A stretch of 64,000 nucleotides of DNA from Actinomycetota bacterium (GTDB lineage Bacteria; Actinomycetota; Thermoleophilia; UBA2241), in NCBI GenBank assembly GCA_003132585.1, contig PKYG01000097.1, forward strand, positions 1,790 to 65,789. The letters run 5' to 3'. This document shows positions 46,975-55,942 of this stretch, piece after piece (positions within the stretch are counted from its first letter, which is position 1; every line of letters starts with the position of its first letter). The notes below the pieces were generated by a model, which worked only from the letters and a program-made list of their open reading frames with translations, was not told where the DNA came from and searched no databases. The position numbers and the translations under genes were made by a program.

Positions 46975-48126
46975 ATGAACGAAAGGCTCCGCATCCTGAT
47001 GATCCTGGCTTCGTCCACGAACGACGCCGTCCCGTACAACACCGTCTGGCGGCGGAATCTCTACGACACGTTGTGCAAGATGGGGCACGACGTTGTGCTC
47101 CTGGCGGCCGAGCCAGGCCGGCGGGCGATGGTGACGCGTGATGCCAAGGCACGCGAAGCATTCAGCGAGGCGGTCCTCACACGGTTCAAGCGCGAACACG
47201 CGAAGAGGCCGTTCGATCTGCTTTTCGGCTACCTCATGGACGGCATGATCGATCCCGCAGTCATCGACGAGATACGCCGTGCCGGTGTGCCGACCTGCAA
47301 CTTCTCCTGCAACAACGTACACCAGTTCGATCTCGTCGACGGGTTGTCCCCGCATTTCGACTTCAACCTGCATTCTGAACGCGACGTCGGTGACAAGTTC
47401 CGTCGAATCGGGGCTACGCCACTCTGGTGGCCGATGGCGTCGAATCCCCAATTCGCGCACCCGGTCGATACTCCGCGCACGCTGGGGGCGTCGTTCGTCG
47501 GAGGCAACTACGGTCTGCGTGCCGACTATGCGCTTCATTTGCTCGAGAACGGCGTGGACCTTCACCTTTACGGGCCCGGCTGGATGTTGTCCGGCCGCAT
47601 CGCCCGCGCCAAGCGCAGACTGCATCGCGACCTCACCATGGGCGCTGCGCTGTTTGCCCCGTCGCTGGCTACCCAAGCGACGCTTACTGCTCGAGCCGCG
47701 CGGATGGACATGATGCGCAGGCTCGCCGCTGCGCATCCCGGCAACGTCCACCAGCCCGTGTCTGATGATGAGGTGATACGCCTCTACAGCAGGAGCAACG
47801 TGTCCCTAGGCTTTCTTGAGGTCTTCGATCATCACGATCCGAGCGGACCGGTCCTGCAGCATCTTCACCTCCGCGAGTTCGAAGGTCCCATGAGCGGCGC
47901 ACTGTACCTGACGAACTACTCCGATGAACTCGCGGAGATGTTCGAACCTGACAAGGAAGTTCTCGTGTGGCGCAACCGCCACGAGCTGCTCGAGAAGGCC
48001 CGGTTCTATGCGGAGCACCCGGAGGCAGGCGACAAGATCCGAGCGGCCGGTCGCAAGAGAGCGCTCGCCTGCCACACCTATCGACATCGGTTTGAGCAGC
48101 TGTTCGAGAAGATCGGGCTGGTCTGA
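46975..48126 (+). CDS. CgeB-like glycosyltransferase
   Basis: NFSCNNVHQF, SFVGGNY, HLREFEGPMSGALY, HTYRHR. Confidence 0.8.
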   Translation: MNERLRILMILASSTNDAVPYNTVWRRNLYDTLCKMGHDVVLLAAEPGRRAMVTRDAKAREAFSEAVLTRFKREHAKRPFDLLFGYLMDGMIDPAVIDEIRRAGVPTCNFSCNNVHQFDLVDGLSPHFDFNLHSERDVGDKFRRIGATPLWWPMASNPQFAHPVDTPRTLGASFVGGNYGLRADYALHLLENGVDLHLYGPGWMLSGRIARAKRRLHRDLTMGAALFAPSLATQATLTARAARMDMMRRLAAAHPGNVHQPVSDDEVIRLYSRSNVSLGFLEVFDHHDPSGPVLQHLHLREFEGPMSGALYLTNYSDELAEMFEPDKEVLVWRNRHELLEKARFYAEHPEAGDKIRAAGRKRALACHTYRHRFEQLFEKIGLV

Positions 48127-48127
48127 C

Positions 48128-49057
48128 ATGTTGCAGGGGTCGCAAGGCAGGAATCGACGTGCGCCGACCGTCCGGGCTGGCGGCGGAGTTGCCAGGGTCA
48201 TGTCGGCCCTGTCGACCCAGTGGTGCGTCGAGGATGCGATCCACGACTATCGCGATGTGTATCTGAAGCTGGTGGGGCGCCTCGAGGAGCTCGTGCACGG
48301 GCGGTCACTCAGCGACGCGCGCATCCTTGAGCTGGGGTGCGGCTATTCGTATCCGAACGTTGCCCTCTTCCATGCCAACGGGCTCGATGCGTGCGGCGTG
48401 GATATCGAGAGAGTCTTCTACCGGGACGGTCGCGTCGCGACGCTCCGGGCTCGGCTTCGAGAGAAGGGACTCTTGCGCGCCATCTATCATGCAGGACCGC
48501 TGTACAGCGGCTACGGGCGCTTCTTTGCGACGCTCTCGGCGTTGGCTCAAACGACTATCGACCACGCCGCCTTGTCGATTCACACCTATGACGGGCAGAG
48601 GTTGCCGTTCCCCGATGAGTCTTTCGATGCAGTGTGCTCAAATGCAGTCCTTGAGCATGTGCACGATATGGGCTCATTCGTTGGCGAGGCAGCGAGAGTG
48701 CTGAGGCCTGGCGGTGTCGTCGACATGGTGTGGCACAACTTCTTCAGCCCGTCCGGCGGGCATCGCACAGAGACCGAAGTCGCACGTTCTCCCTGGGGCC
48801 ACATCACCGGGGATTCCCCACCCTCCTGTTACCTGAATCGAATGCGGCCAAACGAGATCAGGGAAGCGTTCGACCGGTGCTTCACCGTCCTTGACGTTGC
48901 GGGCATCGACCGGGTCTACTCGCTCAAGGGACAAGAGGGCTACATGCCTGAAGGCGCAGAGCTGCTGAGCCCGGAATGGAGGCGGCGGCTACCGGCTTTT
49001 GCCGACGACCTCCTGGCCACTCGCGGTTTTCTCCTTCAGGCAGTGCGCGACAGGTAG
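48128..49057 (+). CDS. Class I SAM methyltransferase
   Basis: ILELGCG, LPFPDESFD..SNAVLEHV, RVLRPGG. Confidence 0.85.
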   Translation: MLQGSQGRNRRAPTVRAGGGVARVMSALSTQWCVEDAIHDYRDVYLKLVGRLEELVHGRSLSDARILELGCGYSYPNVALFHANGLDACGVDIERVFYRDGRVATLRARLREKGLLRAIYHAGPLYSGYGRFFATLSALAQTTIDHAALSIHTYDGQRLPFPDESFDAVCSNAVLEHVHDMGSFVGEAARVLRPGGVVDMVWHNFFSPSGGHRTETEVARSPWGHITGDSPPSCYLNRMRPNEIREAFDRCFTVLDVAGIDRVYSLKGQEGYMPEGAELLSPEWRRRLPAFADDLLATRGFLLQAVRDR

Positions 49058-49105
49058 CTCCATGAGAGCCTACTTGATCAAGATCGAAAGGAGTGACCCA
49101 GGGCG

Positions 49106-50014
49106 ATGCCTCGCGTCACCGTGATCACTGCCGCGTACAATGCGGCAGAGTACCTGGCTGAGACCATCGAGAGCGTCCTGGCGCAAACGTACTCCGACTT
49201 CGAGTACATCGTTGTGGACGACGGCTCGGATGACGCGACGCCTGACATCATTGCGGAATACGCCTCACGAATCGTTAGCCTTCGCCAGCCGAACGCTGGC
49301 GAAGGCGCCGCGAGGAATCGTGGATTTGAGATCGCCACCGGAGAGTACGTCGCTATCGTCGATGCCGACGATGTCTGGGCTCAAGAGAAGCTCGAGTGCC
49401 AGGTCCTGGCGATGGAAAGTCAGCCTGACGCAGGACTCTGCTACACGAACGGCTCCTCCATTCGGGCCGATGGTTCCGTCTTGGAAGCTGTCTTGGTTCC
49501 GCCACACTCGCGGCTAACCTGCCTGCGAGCGATGACAGGGCAGAACCCGCTTGTGACGTCTTCCGTGATGTACCGCCGCAGATTCCTGGAGGCGCGCCCA
49601 TACCGAAGCTTGCCTGTCGCAGCGGACTTCTATGTCCATTTGAAAGTTCTCTGGAGAGCTTGCGAGCAATCGGTTTTCGTTGATGAGCCGCTTGTGCGCT
49701 ATCGGGTTGTGGAGACGTCGGTGTTGCGCCAGGTCGACGCTTGGGAGAGAGGACGTCTGACCCTGAAAGCGGTGGAGGCGTTCATCGACGACATGCGCTC
49801 TGAGAAACCGGTGCCGCAAGATCTTCAGCGCCGGGGAGTCGCCTACTCGCGCTTCCTGTGGGCGTGGTACTGCATCGATGGGCGAACGCGCTACCGCTTC
49901 GCGATTGGTCAGCTGGTGTGGGCAGTCCGAGACGACCCCAGACTCGCGTGGCGCGCGGGCCGCCAGGTGGCCAAGCTCACTCGGAACGCGCTTCTTGGTG
50001 CAAGGGGATCCTAG
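49106..50014 (+). CDS. GT2 glycosyltransferase
   Basis: AAYNAAEYL, VDDGSDD, ARNRG, VDADD. Confidence 0.9.
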   Translation: MPRVTVITAAYNAAEYLAETIESVLAQTYSDFEYIVVDDGSDDATPDIIAEYASRIVSLRQPNAGEGAARNRGFEIATGEYVAIVDADDVWAQEKLECQVLAMESQPDAGLCYTNGSSIRADGSVLEAVLVPPHSRLTCLRAMTGQNPLVTSSVMYRRRFLEARPYRSLPVAADFYVHLKVLWRACEQSVFVDEPLVRYRVVETSVLRQVDAWERGRLTLKAVEAFIDDMRSEKPVPQDLQRRGVAYSRFLWAWYCIDGRTRYRFAIGQLVWAVRDDPRLAWRAGRQVAKLTRNALLGARGS

Positions 50015-50015
50015 T

Positions 50016-51260
50016 TTGGTCTCACCGATCGCCATTGCCTACGTCACTGACACCTGGCGGCGCCAGGGAGGGGGCGGAGCCGAGAAAGCACTGTTCTCGC
50101 TCATCTCGGGGCTCGACCGTCGCCAGTTTCGCCCACTACTCGTCTCAGTTGCCGGCGACGGAAGCAGCGACTACTTCCGACTCGCTCGCGAAGCGGGCGT
50201 GCCAACTGTTCTGCTGCCAATGACCTTGCGCGAGGGGCGCTGTCGGTCCGCGTCCAACTTCCTGCGTCTTGTCCGGCTTCTCAGACGTCATCGTGTGCGT
50301 ATCGTGCACAGCACACAGGATCAAGGCGCAGGAATTCTCGCAGGCGCCATTGTGGGCGTTGGCGCGCGTTTGTACACGACTCACTGCGTTCTGCCGACAC
50401 CCAGCATGCAACGCTACTTGCTGTCGCGAGCCGTTGTTGCTCATGCCGCCTCGAGGAACATCGCCGTGTCGCAGGTTGTGTCAGGGCATCTTGTCGATCG
50501 CTATCGCGTAGATCCCGCCCGCGTGACCGTGATCTACAACGGCGTGCGAGCAGCCGCGGGCACAAGGCTGGATGCAGCGGTGCAGTGCGAAGCCGAGCGG
50601 CGAGATGCCCCGCCGACGGTGGTCAGTGTGGGCAGGCTCTCTTGGGAGAAAGGAGTCGATATCTTGCTGGACGCGATGGCTGTCGTGGTCGCTCAAGTGG
50701 GGGGTGCGCGCTTGATCGTGGTCGGCGATGGACCAGAGCGTACCGCGCTCGAGTGCCGCGCGGCGGATCTCGGGATCAGCGACAGCGTTCGTTTTGTCGG
50801 ACACCAGACAGAGATCGCGAGCTGGCTGAACCAAGCCACAGTTCTTGCCATGCCGTCTCGATCTGAGGGCATGGGCATGTCGGCGGCAGAAGCACTTGCA
50901 TACGGCATTCCCGTGGTCTGCTCGGGCGCCGGCGGCCTTCCTGAGGTCGTGGAGGATGGCCGCTGCGGCACCGTCGTGGCGGGACCCACGATTGGGGAGG
51001 CCATCGAAGTAGACCCAAGAGCGCTCGCCGAGGCCCTGCTCGTCCTCCTGACCGATCGCGACCGCGCCCAGCGCCTCGGCGCAAACGGGAAAGCGCGGTA
51101 CGATGCCCTCTTCACCGAGGAGGAGTTCCTGCGCCGACACGTCGAGACATACCTCGATGAGCTCGAGCGCACCCGGCGGCGTCGTGCGCGGTCGTGGGCG
51201 CTGTCGTCGTCAACTGACCCCTGCCCTACTGACCAAGGCCCGCCGTGCGCATCGTCGTAG
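50016..51260 (+). CDS. GT4 glycosyltransferase
   Basis: GGAEK, IYNGV, VGRLSWEKG, EGMGMSAAEAL; TTG start inferred. Confidence 0.88.
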   Translation: MVSPIAIAYVTDTWRRQGGGGAEKALFSLISGLDRRQFRPLLVSVAGDGSSDYFRLAREAGVPTVLLPMTLREGRCRSASNFLRLVRLLRRHRVRIVHSTQDQGAGILAGAIVGVGARLYTTHCVLPTPSMQRYLLSRAVVAHAASRNIAVSQVVSGHLVDRYRVDPARVTVIYNGVRAAAGTRLDAAVQCEAERRDAPPTVVSVGRLSWEKGVDILLDAMAVVVAQVGGARLIVVGDGPERTALECRAADLGISDSVRFVGHQTEIASWLNQATVLAMPSRSEGMGMSAAEALAYGIPVVCSGAGGLPEVVEDGRCGTVVAGPTIGEAIEVDPRALAEALLVLLTDRDRAQRLGANGKARYDALFTEEEFLRRHVETYLDELERTRRRRARSWALSSSTDPCPTDQGPPCASS

Positions 51261-52474
51261 CCAGCAGCTTCCACTACAGGCGCGGCGGCGATTCTGCCCA
51301 CTTCCTCGATCTCATCGCTGCGCTGGAGAGCCGCGGTCATGAAGTCGCCGTGTTCTCCATGCAACACCCGCTCAATCTGCCGTCTGCTTGGTCTGAGTAC
51401 TGGGTGCCATACATCGAGTATCGGGGCGATCTGAGGCAAGCAGAGCGGCTGCGGGCTGGATGGCGCAGCATCCACACGGCTGAGAGCGCCCGTTGCATGA
51501 GTCGCCTGCTAAGCGATTTCCAGCCCGCTGTCGTCCACTTCCACAGCGTGCAGCATCACCTGACGCTAGGCGCGGTCGAAGCCTGTGTGTCCGCGCATAC
51601 CCCGGTGGTGTGGACCCTCCACGATTACCGGACGGTGTGTCCGGCTACTTCGCTGCTGCGCGGCACCGAGGTCTGCGAGCGTTGTGCGAACGGTCACTTC
51701 TGGCACGGGGTCGCAGGGCGCTGCAAGTCGGGTGAGCTCTCGCGCAGCGTCGCGGCGGTGGTTGAGTCATACGTGACGCGGGCGCGCGGCACACTCGGCG
51801 CGGTGGATTGCTACGTGGCGCCGAGTCAATTCCTAGCGCGCACAGTTGTTGGAATGGGTCTGCCGGCAAAGAGAATCGAGGTAGTACCGAACGCGGTCTT
51901 TGATGAGACCATGCCGATGGCCGCAGGTCATTCGGGCGGCCTGCTCTACGTCGGGCGCCTCTCGGCGGAGAAGGGTGTGGACTGCCTGATCCGTGCCGCA
52001 GCAGGTCTGCCCGAGGTACCCCTGCGCATCGTAGGCGACGGGCCGGGGGCAGAGAGCCTCAAGGCACTTGCGCTGCGTCTAGGCGCCGACGTTGTGTTCG
52101 AAGGATGGGTGGATAAGGTCGGCGTACTTGCTCGCATGTCTGCGGCCGAGCTGCTTTGTGTCCCTTCGATCTGGTACGAGAACTGCCCCGGAGTAGTGCT
52201 GGAGGCAATGGTCGCAGGTCTGCCGATCGTCGCCAGCGATCTTGGCGGCCTCCCTGAACTCCTTGAAGGAGGCCAGGCGGGCTGGCTTGCCCCGGCGGGC
52301 GATGTGGGAGCTCTGCGCTGCGTCATCCGCAGAGCACTCGATGACAAGGCACGCACGGCGCAGCAGGCAGCGCGTGCTCGGTCTCGCGTACTCTTGCGCC
52401 ACGACCCTGACAGATTCGTTTCGCGCATAGAGGGCATCTACCGTTCGCTGGAGACTCCCAATCGAAGGTCGTAG
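51245..52474 (+). CDS. GT4 glycosyltransferase
   Basis: TLHDYRTVCP, YVGRLSAEKG, PSIWYENCP..LEAM. Confidence 0.9.
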   Translation: MRIVVASSFHYRRGGDSAHFLDLIAALESRGHEVAVFSMQHPLNLPSAWSEYWVPYIEYRGDLRQAERLRAGWRSIHTAESARCMSRLLSDFQPAVVHFHSVQHHLTLGAVEACVSAHTPVVWTLHDYRTVCPATSLLRGTEVCERCANGHFWHGVAGRCKSGELSRSVAAVVESYVTRARGTLGAVDCYVAPSQFLARTVVGMGLPAKRIEVVPNAVFDETMPMAAGHSGGLLYVGRLSAEKGVDCLIRAAAGLPEVPLRIVGDGPGAESLKALALRLGADVVFEGWVDKVGVLARMSAAELLCVPSIWYENCPGVVLEAMVAGLPIVASDLGGLPELLEGGQAGWLAPAGDVGALRCVIRRALDDKARTAQQAARARSRVLLRHDPDRFVSRIEGIYRSLETPNRRS

Positions 52475-52564
52475 CCGCCCTCAGGATCCATGACGCGCTG
52501 GAGGCCGCGCCTCACGGTGGCCAACAGCCACCAGCGTTGTCGCCGGTGAAGTAAAGTACCGGGC

Positions 52565-53539
52565 ATGGACGCCGCCATCATCACCACATATCGCTGCAAC
52601 GCCCGTTGCCGCATGTGTAAGACGTGGCAGTTTCCGACGACGCCGACCGAGGAGTTCGAGCCCGAGCTGCTCCAGAAGCTCCCGGACGGTCTCGGACGCG
52701 TCAATATCACCGGTGGCGAGCCGCTGATCCGGCAGGACCTCCCCGAGATCGTCGACATCCTGGCGCCCAAGGCTAAGCGGCTTGAGATCTCGACCAACGG
52801 CTACTTCACTGACCGACTTGTGGCCATCGCTCGCCGCCACCCCGACCTCACAATCCGTATCAGCATCGAGGGTCTGGCTGAGACCAATGACGGCGTGCGC
52901 GGCATTCGCGACGGCTTCGAACGGGCGATCCGCTCGTTCCACGCGTTGCGAGACGTCGGCGTCGAGGACCTCGGCTTTGCCGTGACCATTCAGGACGACA
53001 ACGCGCACGACCTCCTGAACCTCTACGAGTTCGTCTCAGCCGAGGGCGCGGAGTTCGCTCAGGCCGTGCCGCACAACAGCTACTACTTCCACACGAACGA
53101 GAACGAGATCCGTGACGTGGCGGCAGTCCAGTCGGCCATACGGGGGCTCATGGAAGCATTCCTGCGTTCCCGCAAGCCCAAGGAGTGGTTCCGGGCCTAC
53201 CTGAACCGCGGTTTGGTCGACTATGTTGGCGGGGCTGAGCGGCGCTTCGCATGTACGGCCGCGACCGACATCTTCTTTCTCGACCCGTTCGGCGAGGTGT
53301 ACCCGTGCAACGGCTGGGACCTGAGCATGGGCAACCTGCACGACTCCTCGTTCGATCAGATCTGGACGGGGGAGAGGGCAGAGGCGGTGCGCGCGCAGGT
53401 CGCGGGCTGCGAGCGCCGCTGCTGGATGACGGGCACGGCGGTGCCGGCGATGAAGCATCACTTGCCGTCGGTGGCATGGTGGGTGGCGCGCAACAAGGTG
53501 CGTGTGGCGCTCGGCAAGCCCGTCGACCTGGGGGACTGA
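52565..53539 (+). CDS. Radical SAM protein with SPASM/Twitch domain
   Basis: CNARCRMC (CX3CX2C), TGGEP, C.A...DPFGEVYPC, C..CW. Confidence 0.88.
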   Translation: MDAAIITTYRCNARCRMCKTWQFPTTPTEEFEPELLQKLPDGLGRVNITGGEPLIRQDLPEIVDILAPKAKRLEISTNGYFTDRLVAIARRHPDLTIRISIEGLAETNDGVRGIRDGFERAIRSFHALRDVGVEDLGFAVTIQDDNAHDLLNLYEFVSAEGAEFAQAVPHNSYYFHTNENEIRDVAAVQSAIRGLMEAFLRSRKPKEWFRAYLNRGLVDYVGGAERRFACTAATDIFFLDPFGEVYPCNGWDLSMGNLHDSSFDQIWTGERAEAVRAQVAGCERRCWMTGTAVPAMKHHLPSVAWWVARNKVRVALGKPVDLGD

Positions 53540-53543
53540 CGCC

Positions 53544-54698
53544 GTGCGCATCGCCCACATCGGGTCCAAAGGCATCCCGTCCAAGGGCGGGACCGAACGT
53601 GTTGTCGAGGCCATTGCGACGCGCCACGCCCGTGAGCACCAGGTCACCGTGTACGGGAGTGCGCGCGTCTGTTCGACCGGGATGCACCGAGGCGTGCGCG
53701 TGCTCGCGATCCCTGCGCCCGCGGCCAAGCACGTGGGCCCCGTGGTCCTGCAGCTGCGCGCTGCGCTGCACGCGCTGACGCGGGAGCGCTACGACCTCGT
53801 CCACGTCCACGCGTCTGAGAACGGTTTCATTGTGCCGCTGCTGCGGCTTCGCTACCCGGTGGTGACGACCAACCATGGACCTGCCTACGAGCGCGAGAAG
53901 TGGGGAGCTGTCGCTCGCTGGCTCATCCGCGCCAACGAGCGCTTCTCAGTCAAGCAAGCGACGATCGCGACCGCCGTCGCGGCGACTCAGGCGCGATCGC
54001 TGTCCGAGCGCTACCGGCGGCCGGTGGAGCACATTCCCAACGGCGTGGATGCAAGCGAGCCCAGCGCGAGTACCGAAGCACTCGATCTGCTCGAACGCTA
54101 CGGCCTCAGGAGCCGGGGCTATGTCCTCTTCGCTGCCGCGCGGGTGGACCGGACGAAGGGGTGCCACACGCTTCTCGGGGCGTGTCGCCTCATGCACGCG
54201 CCTCCCGCGGTGCTCGTGGTCGGCGACCTTTATCACGCGCCGGGGTATGAAGCCCAGCTTCGAGAGCTGGCCAATGGCCTGCCGGTCACGTTCCTGCCTC
54301 GCCTTGATGAGAAAGCGGTGCTGATGGGCCTCCTGCAGCACTGCCGCGTGTTCGTCTTCCCGTCGACGGTCGAGGCCATGTCGATGATGTTGCTCGAGGC
54401 GCTCGCCGTGGGCACCGTCGGCATCGCCAGCGACATCCCCGAGAACACGTCGATCCTGCCCGAGGGATACCCGACGTTCGCGGCCGGGGACTCCGCCGCG
54501 CTGTGCCGGCAATTCGAGGGGGTTCTCGAGTGGGATGACGCGGCGCGTGCAGCGTTCATTGAGCGGGGCAGGGAGTGGGTGCGAGGCCGCTACGACTGGG
54601 GCGGCATCGCGACCCAGTACGAAGCACTCTACCGTCAGGCCTGCATTGGCGTTGACGCAGGAGCCGGGCGAGCCCCTGAGGAAGTAGGTAGCAACTAA
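53544..54698 (+). CDS. GT4 glycosyltransferase
   Basis: IGSKGIPSKGGTE, IPNGV, FPSTVEAMSMMLLEA, ASDIPEN. Confidence 0.88.
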   Translation: MRIAHIGSKGIPSKGGTERVVEAIATRHAREHQVTVYGSARVCSTGMHRGVRVLAIPAPAAKHVGPVVLQLRAALHALTRERYDLVHVHASENGFIVPLLRLRYPVVTTNHGPAYEREKWGAVARWLIRANERFSVKQATIATAVAATQARSLSERYRRPVEHIPNGVDASEPSASTEALDLLERYGLRSRGYVLFAAARVDRTKGCHTLLGACRLMHAPPAVLVVGDLYHAPGYEAQLRELANGLPVTFLPRLDEKAVLMGLLQHCRVFVFPSTVEAMSMMLLEALAVGTVGIASDIPENTSILPEGYPTFAAGDSAALCRQFEGVLEWDDAARAAFIERGREWVRGRYDWGGIATQYEALYRQACIGVDAGAGRAPEEVGSN

Positions 54699-54735
54699 TC
54701 CGTTCGTTCGTTACGACCAAGGGGGGTACGTCGCT

Positions 54736-55866
54736 GTGACGATTGTGCCGTTCGTCGATCTTCGCGCGCAGGCGCGCGACCTGCACGACGAGTTCCACGA
54801 GGTGTTCGAGTCGGTCACCTCGCGCGCCGCCTACACGATGGGGCCGGAGCTCAAGGAGTTTGAGGCCGCCTTCGCCGCGTTCTGTGGCTGCGAATGCGCC
54901 GTTGGAGTCAGTTCGGGTACAGACGCGGTCAAGCTGGCGCTGCTCGGGGCGAATGTGCGACCGGGGGACGAGGTGTTTGTCCCAGCGAACACGTTCATCG
55001 CCACCGCCGAGGCCGTGAGCCACGTCGGCGCCGTGCCCGTGTTCGTCGACTGCCTGGAGGAGACGGCGCTGATGGACGCGGCCGCCCTGGAGGCGGCCGC
55101 TGCGGAGCACGAGGGCAGTGCCACGGCCGTCATACCGGTACACCTCTACGGCCAGCCGTGCGACATGGATGCGATCCAGGAGGTCGCCGACCGCCACGGG
55201 CTTGCGGTGGTGGAGGACGCCTGCCAGGCGCATGGAGCGACCTATAAGGGGCGGCCGTGCGGCAGCATGGGCGTCACGGCCGCCTTCAGCTTCTACCCGG
55301 GCAAGAACCTGGGAGCGCTCGGCGACGGCGGCGCGGTCACAACCAACAGCGCCGAGCTGGCCGAGCGCCTGCGCCTGCTGCGCAACCACGGCCAGGCCGA
55401 CAAATACACCCACACGCTGATCGGCTACTGCGACCGGTTGCACAACCTGCAGGCGGCGTTGTTGAGCGTGAAGCTAGCTCGTCTGGCCGGCTGGAACGAG
55501 GCGCGGCGAGCGGCCGCCGAACGCTACGCACGAACACTTCAAGCAATCGCGGGGGTACGGCCGATTGGCAGAAGCGACGATGCTACTCCTGTTTTTCACC
55601 TCTACGTCGTGCGCCTTCTCGGTCGGTCCGCCGCCTTCCGCGACGCCGTCCGCGAGCGCCTCGTCGAGGCGGGCGTGGAGAGCGGCATCCACTACCCCGT
55701 GCCGCTGCACCTGCAGCCCGCCTACGCGCATCTTGGCTACCGTCCGGGTGACTTCCCCGTGGCCGAGCGCCTGGCCGCCGAGATCCTCTCGCTGCCGATG
55801 TTCCCGGAGATCACGGAGGAGCAGCAGGACCATGTGGCCTCGGCATTGGCGGCGGCGCTGCACTGA
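54736..55866 (+). CDS. DegT family aminotransferase (WbpE/FdtB-like)
   Basis: VPFVDL, EDACQAHGA, SFYPGKNLGALGDGG, HYPVPLH. Confidence 0.9.
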   Translation: MTIVPFVDLRAQARDLHDEFHEVFESVTSRAAYTMGPELKEFEAAFAAFCGCECAVGVSSGTDAVKLALLGANVRPGDEVFVPANTFIATAEAVSHVGAVPVFVDCLEETALMDAAALEAAAAEHEGSATAVIPVHLYGQPCDMDAIQEVADRHGLAVVEDACQAHGATYKGRPCGSMGVTAAFSFYPGKNLGALGDGGAVTTNSAELAERLRLLRNHGQADKYTHTLIGYCDRLHNLQAALLSVKLARLAGWNEARRAAAERYARTLQAIAGVRPIGRSDDATPVFHLYVVRLLGRSAAFRDAVRERLVEAGVESGIHYPVPLHLQPAYAHLGYRPGDFPVAERLAAEILSLPMFPEITEEQQDHVASALAAALH

Positions 55867-55942
55867 GGCTTGTACAAAACGGCGTTAGCCCTGTGACAAT
55901 ACTCTATTCTCCATCCGCAGCACCTGATATGCTGCATCTCCT

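Noticed and set aside
55867-55942. AT-richer gap with TTGTAC and GACAAT/TATTCT hexamers
   Set aside because: Spacing does not fit a clear sigma70 promoter
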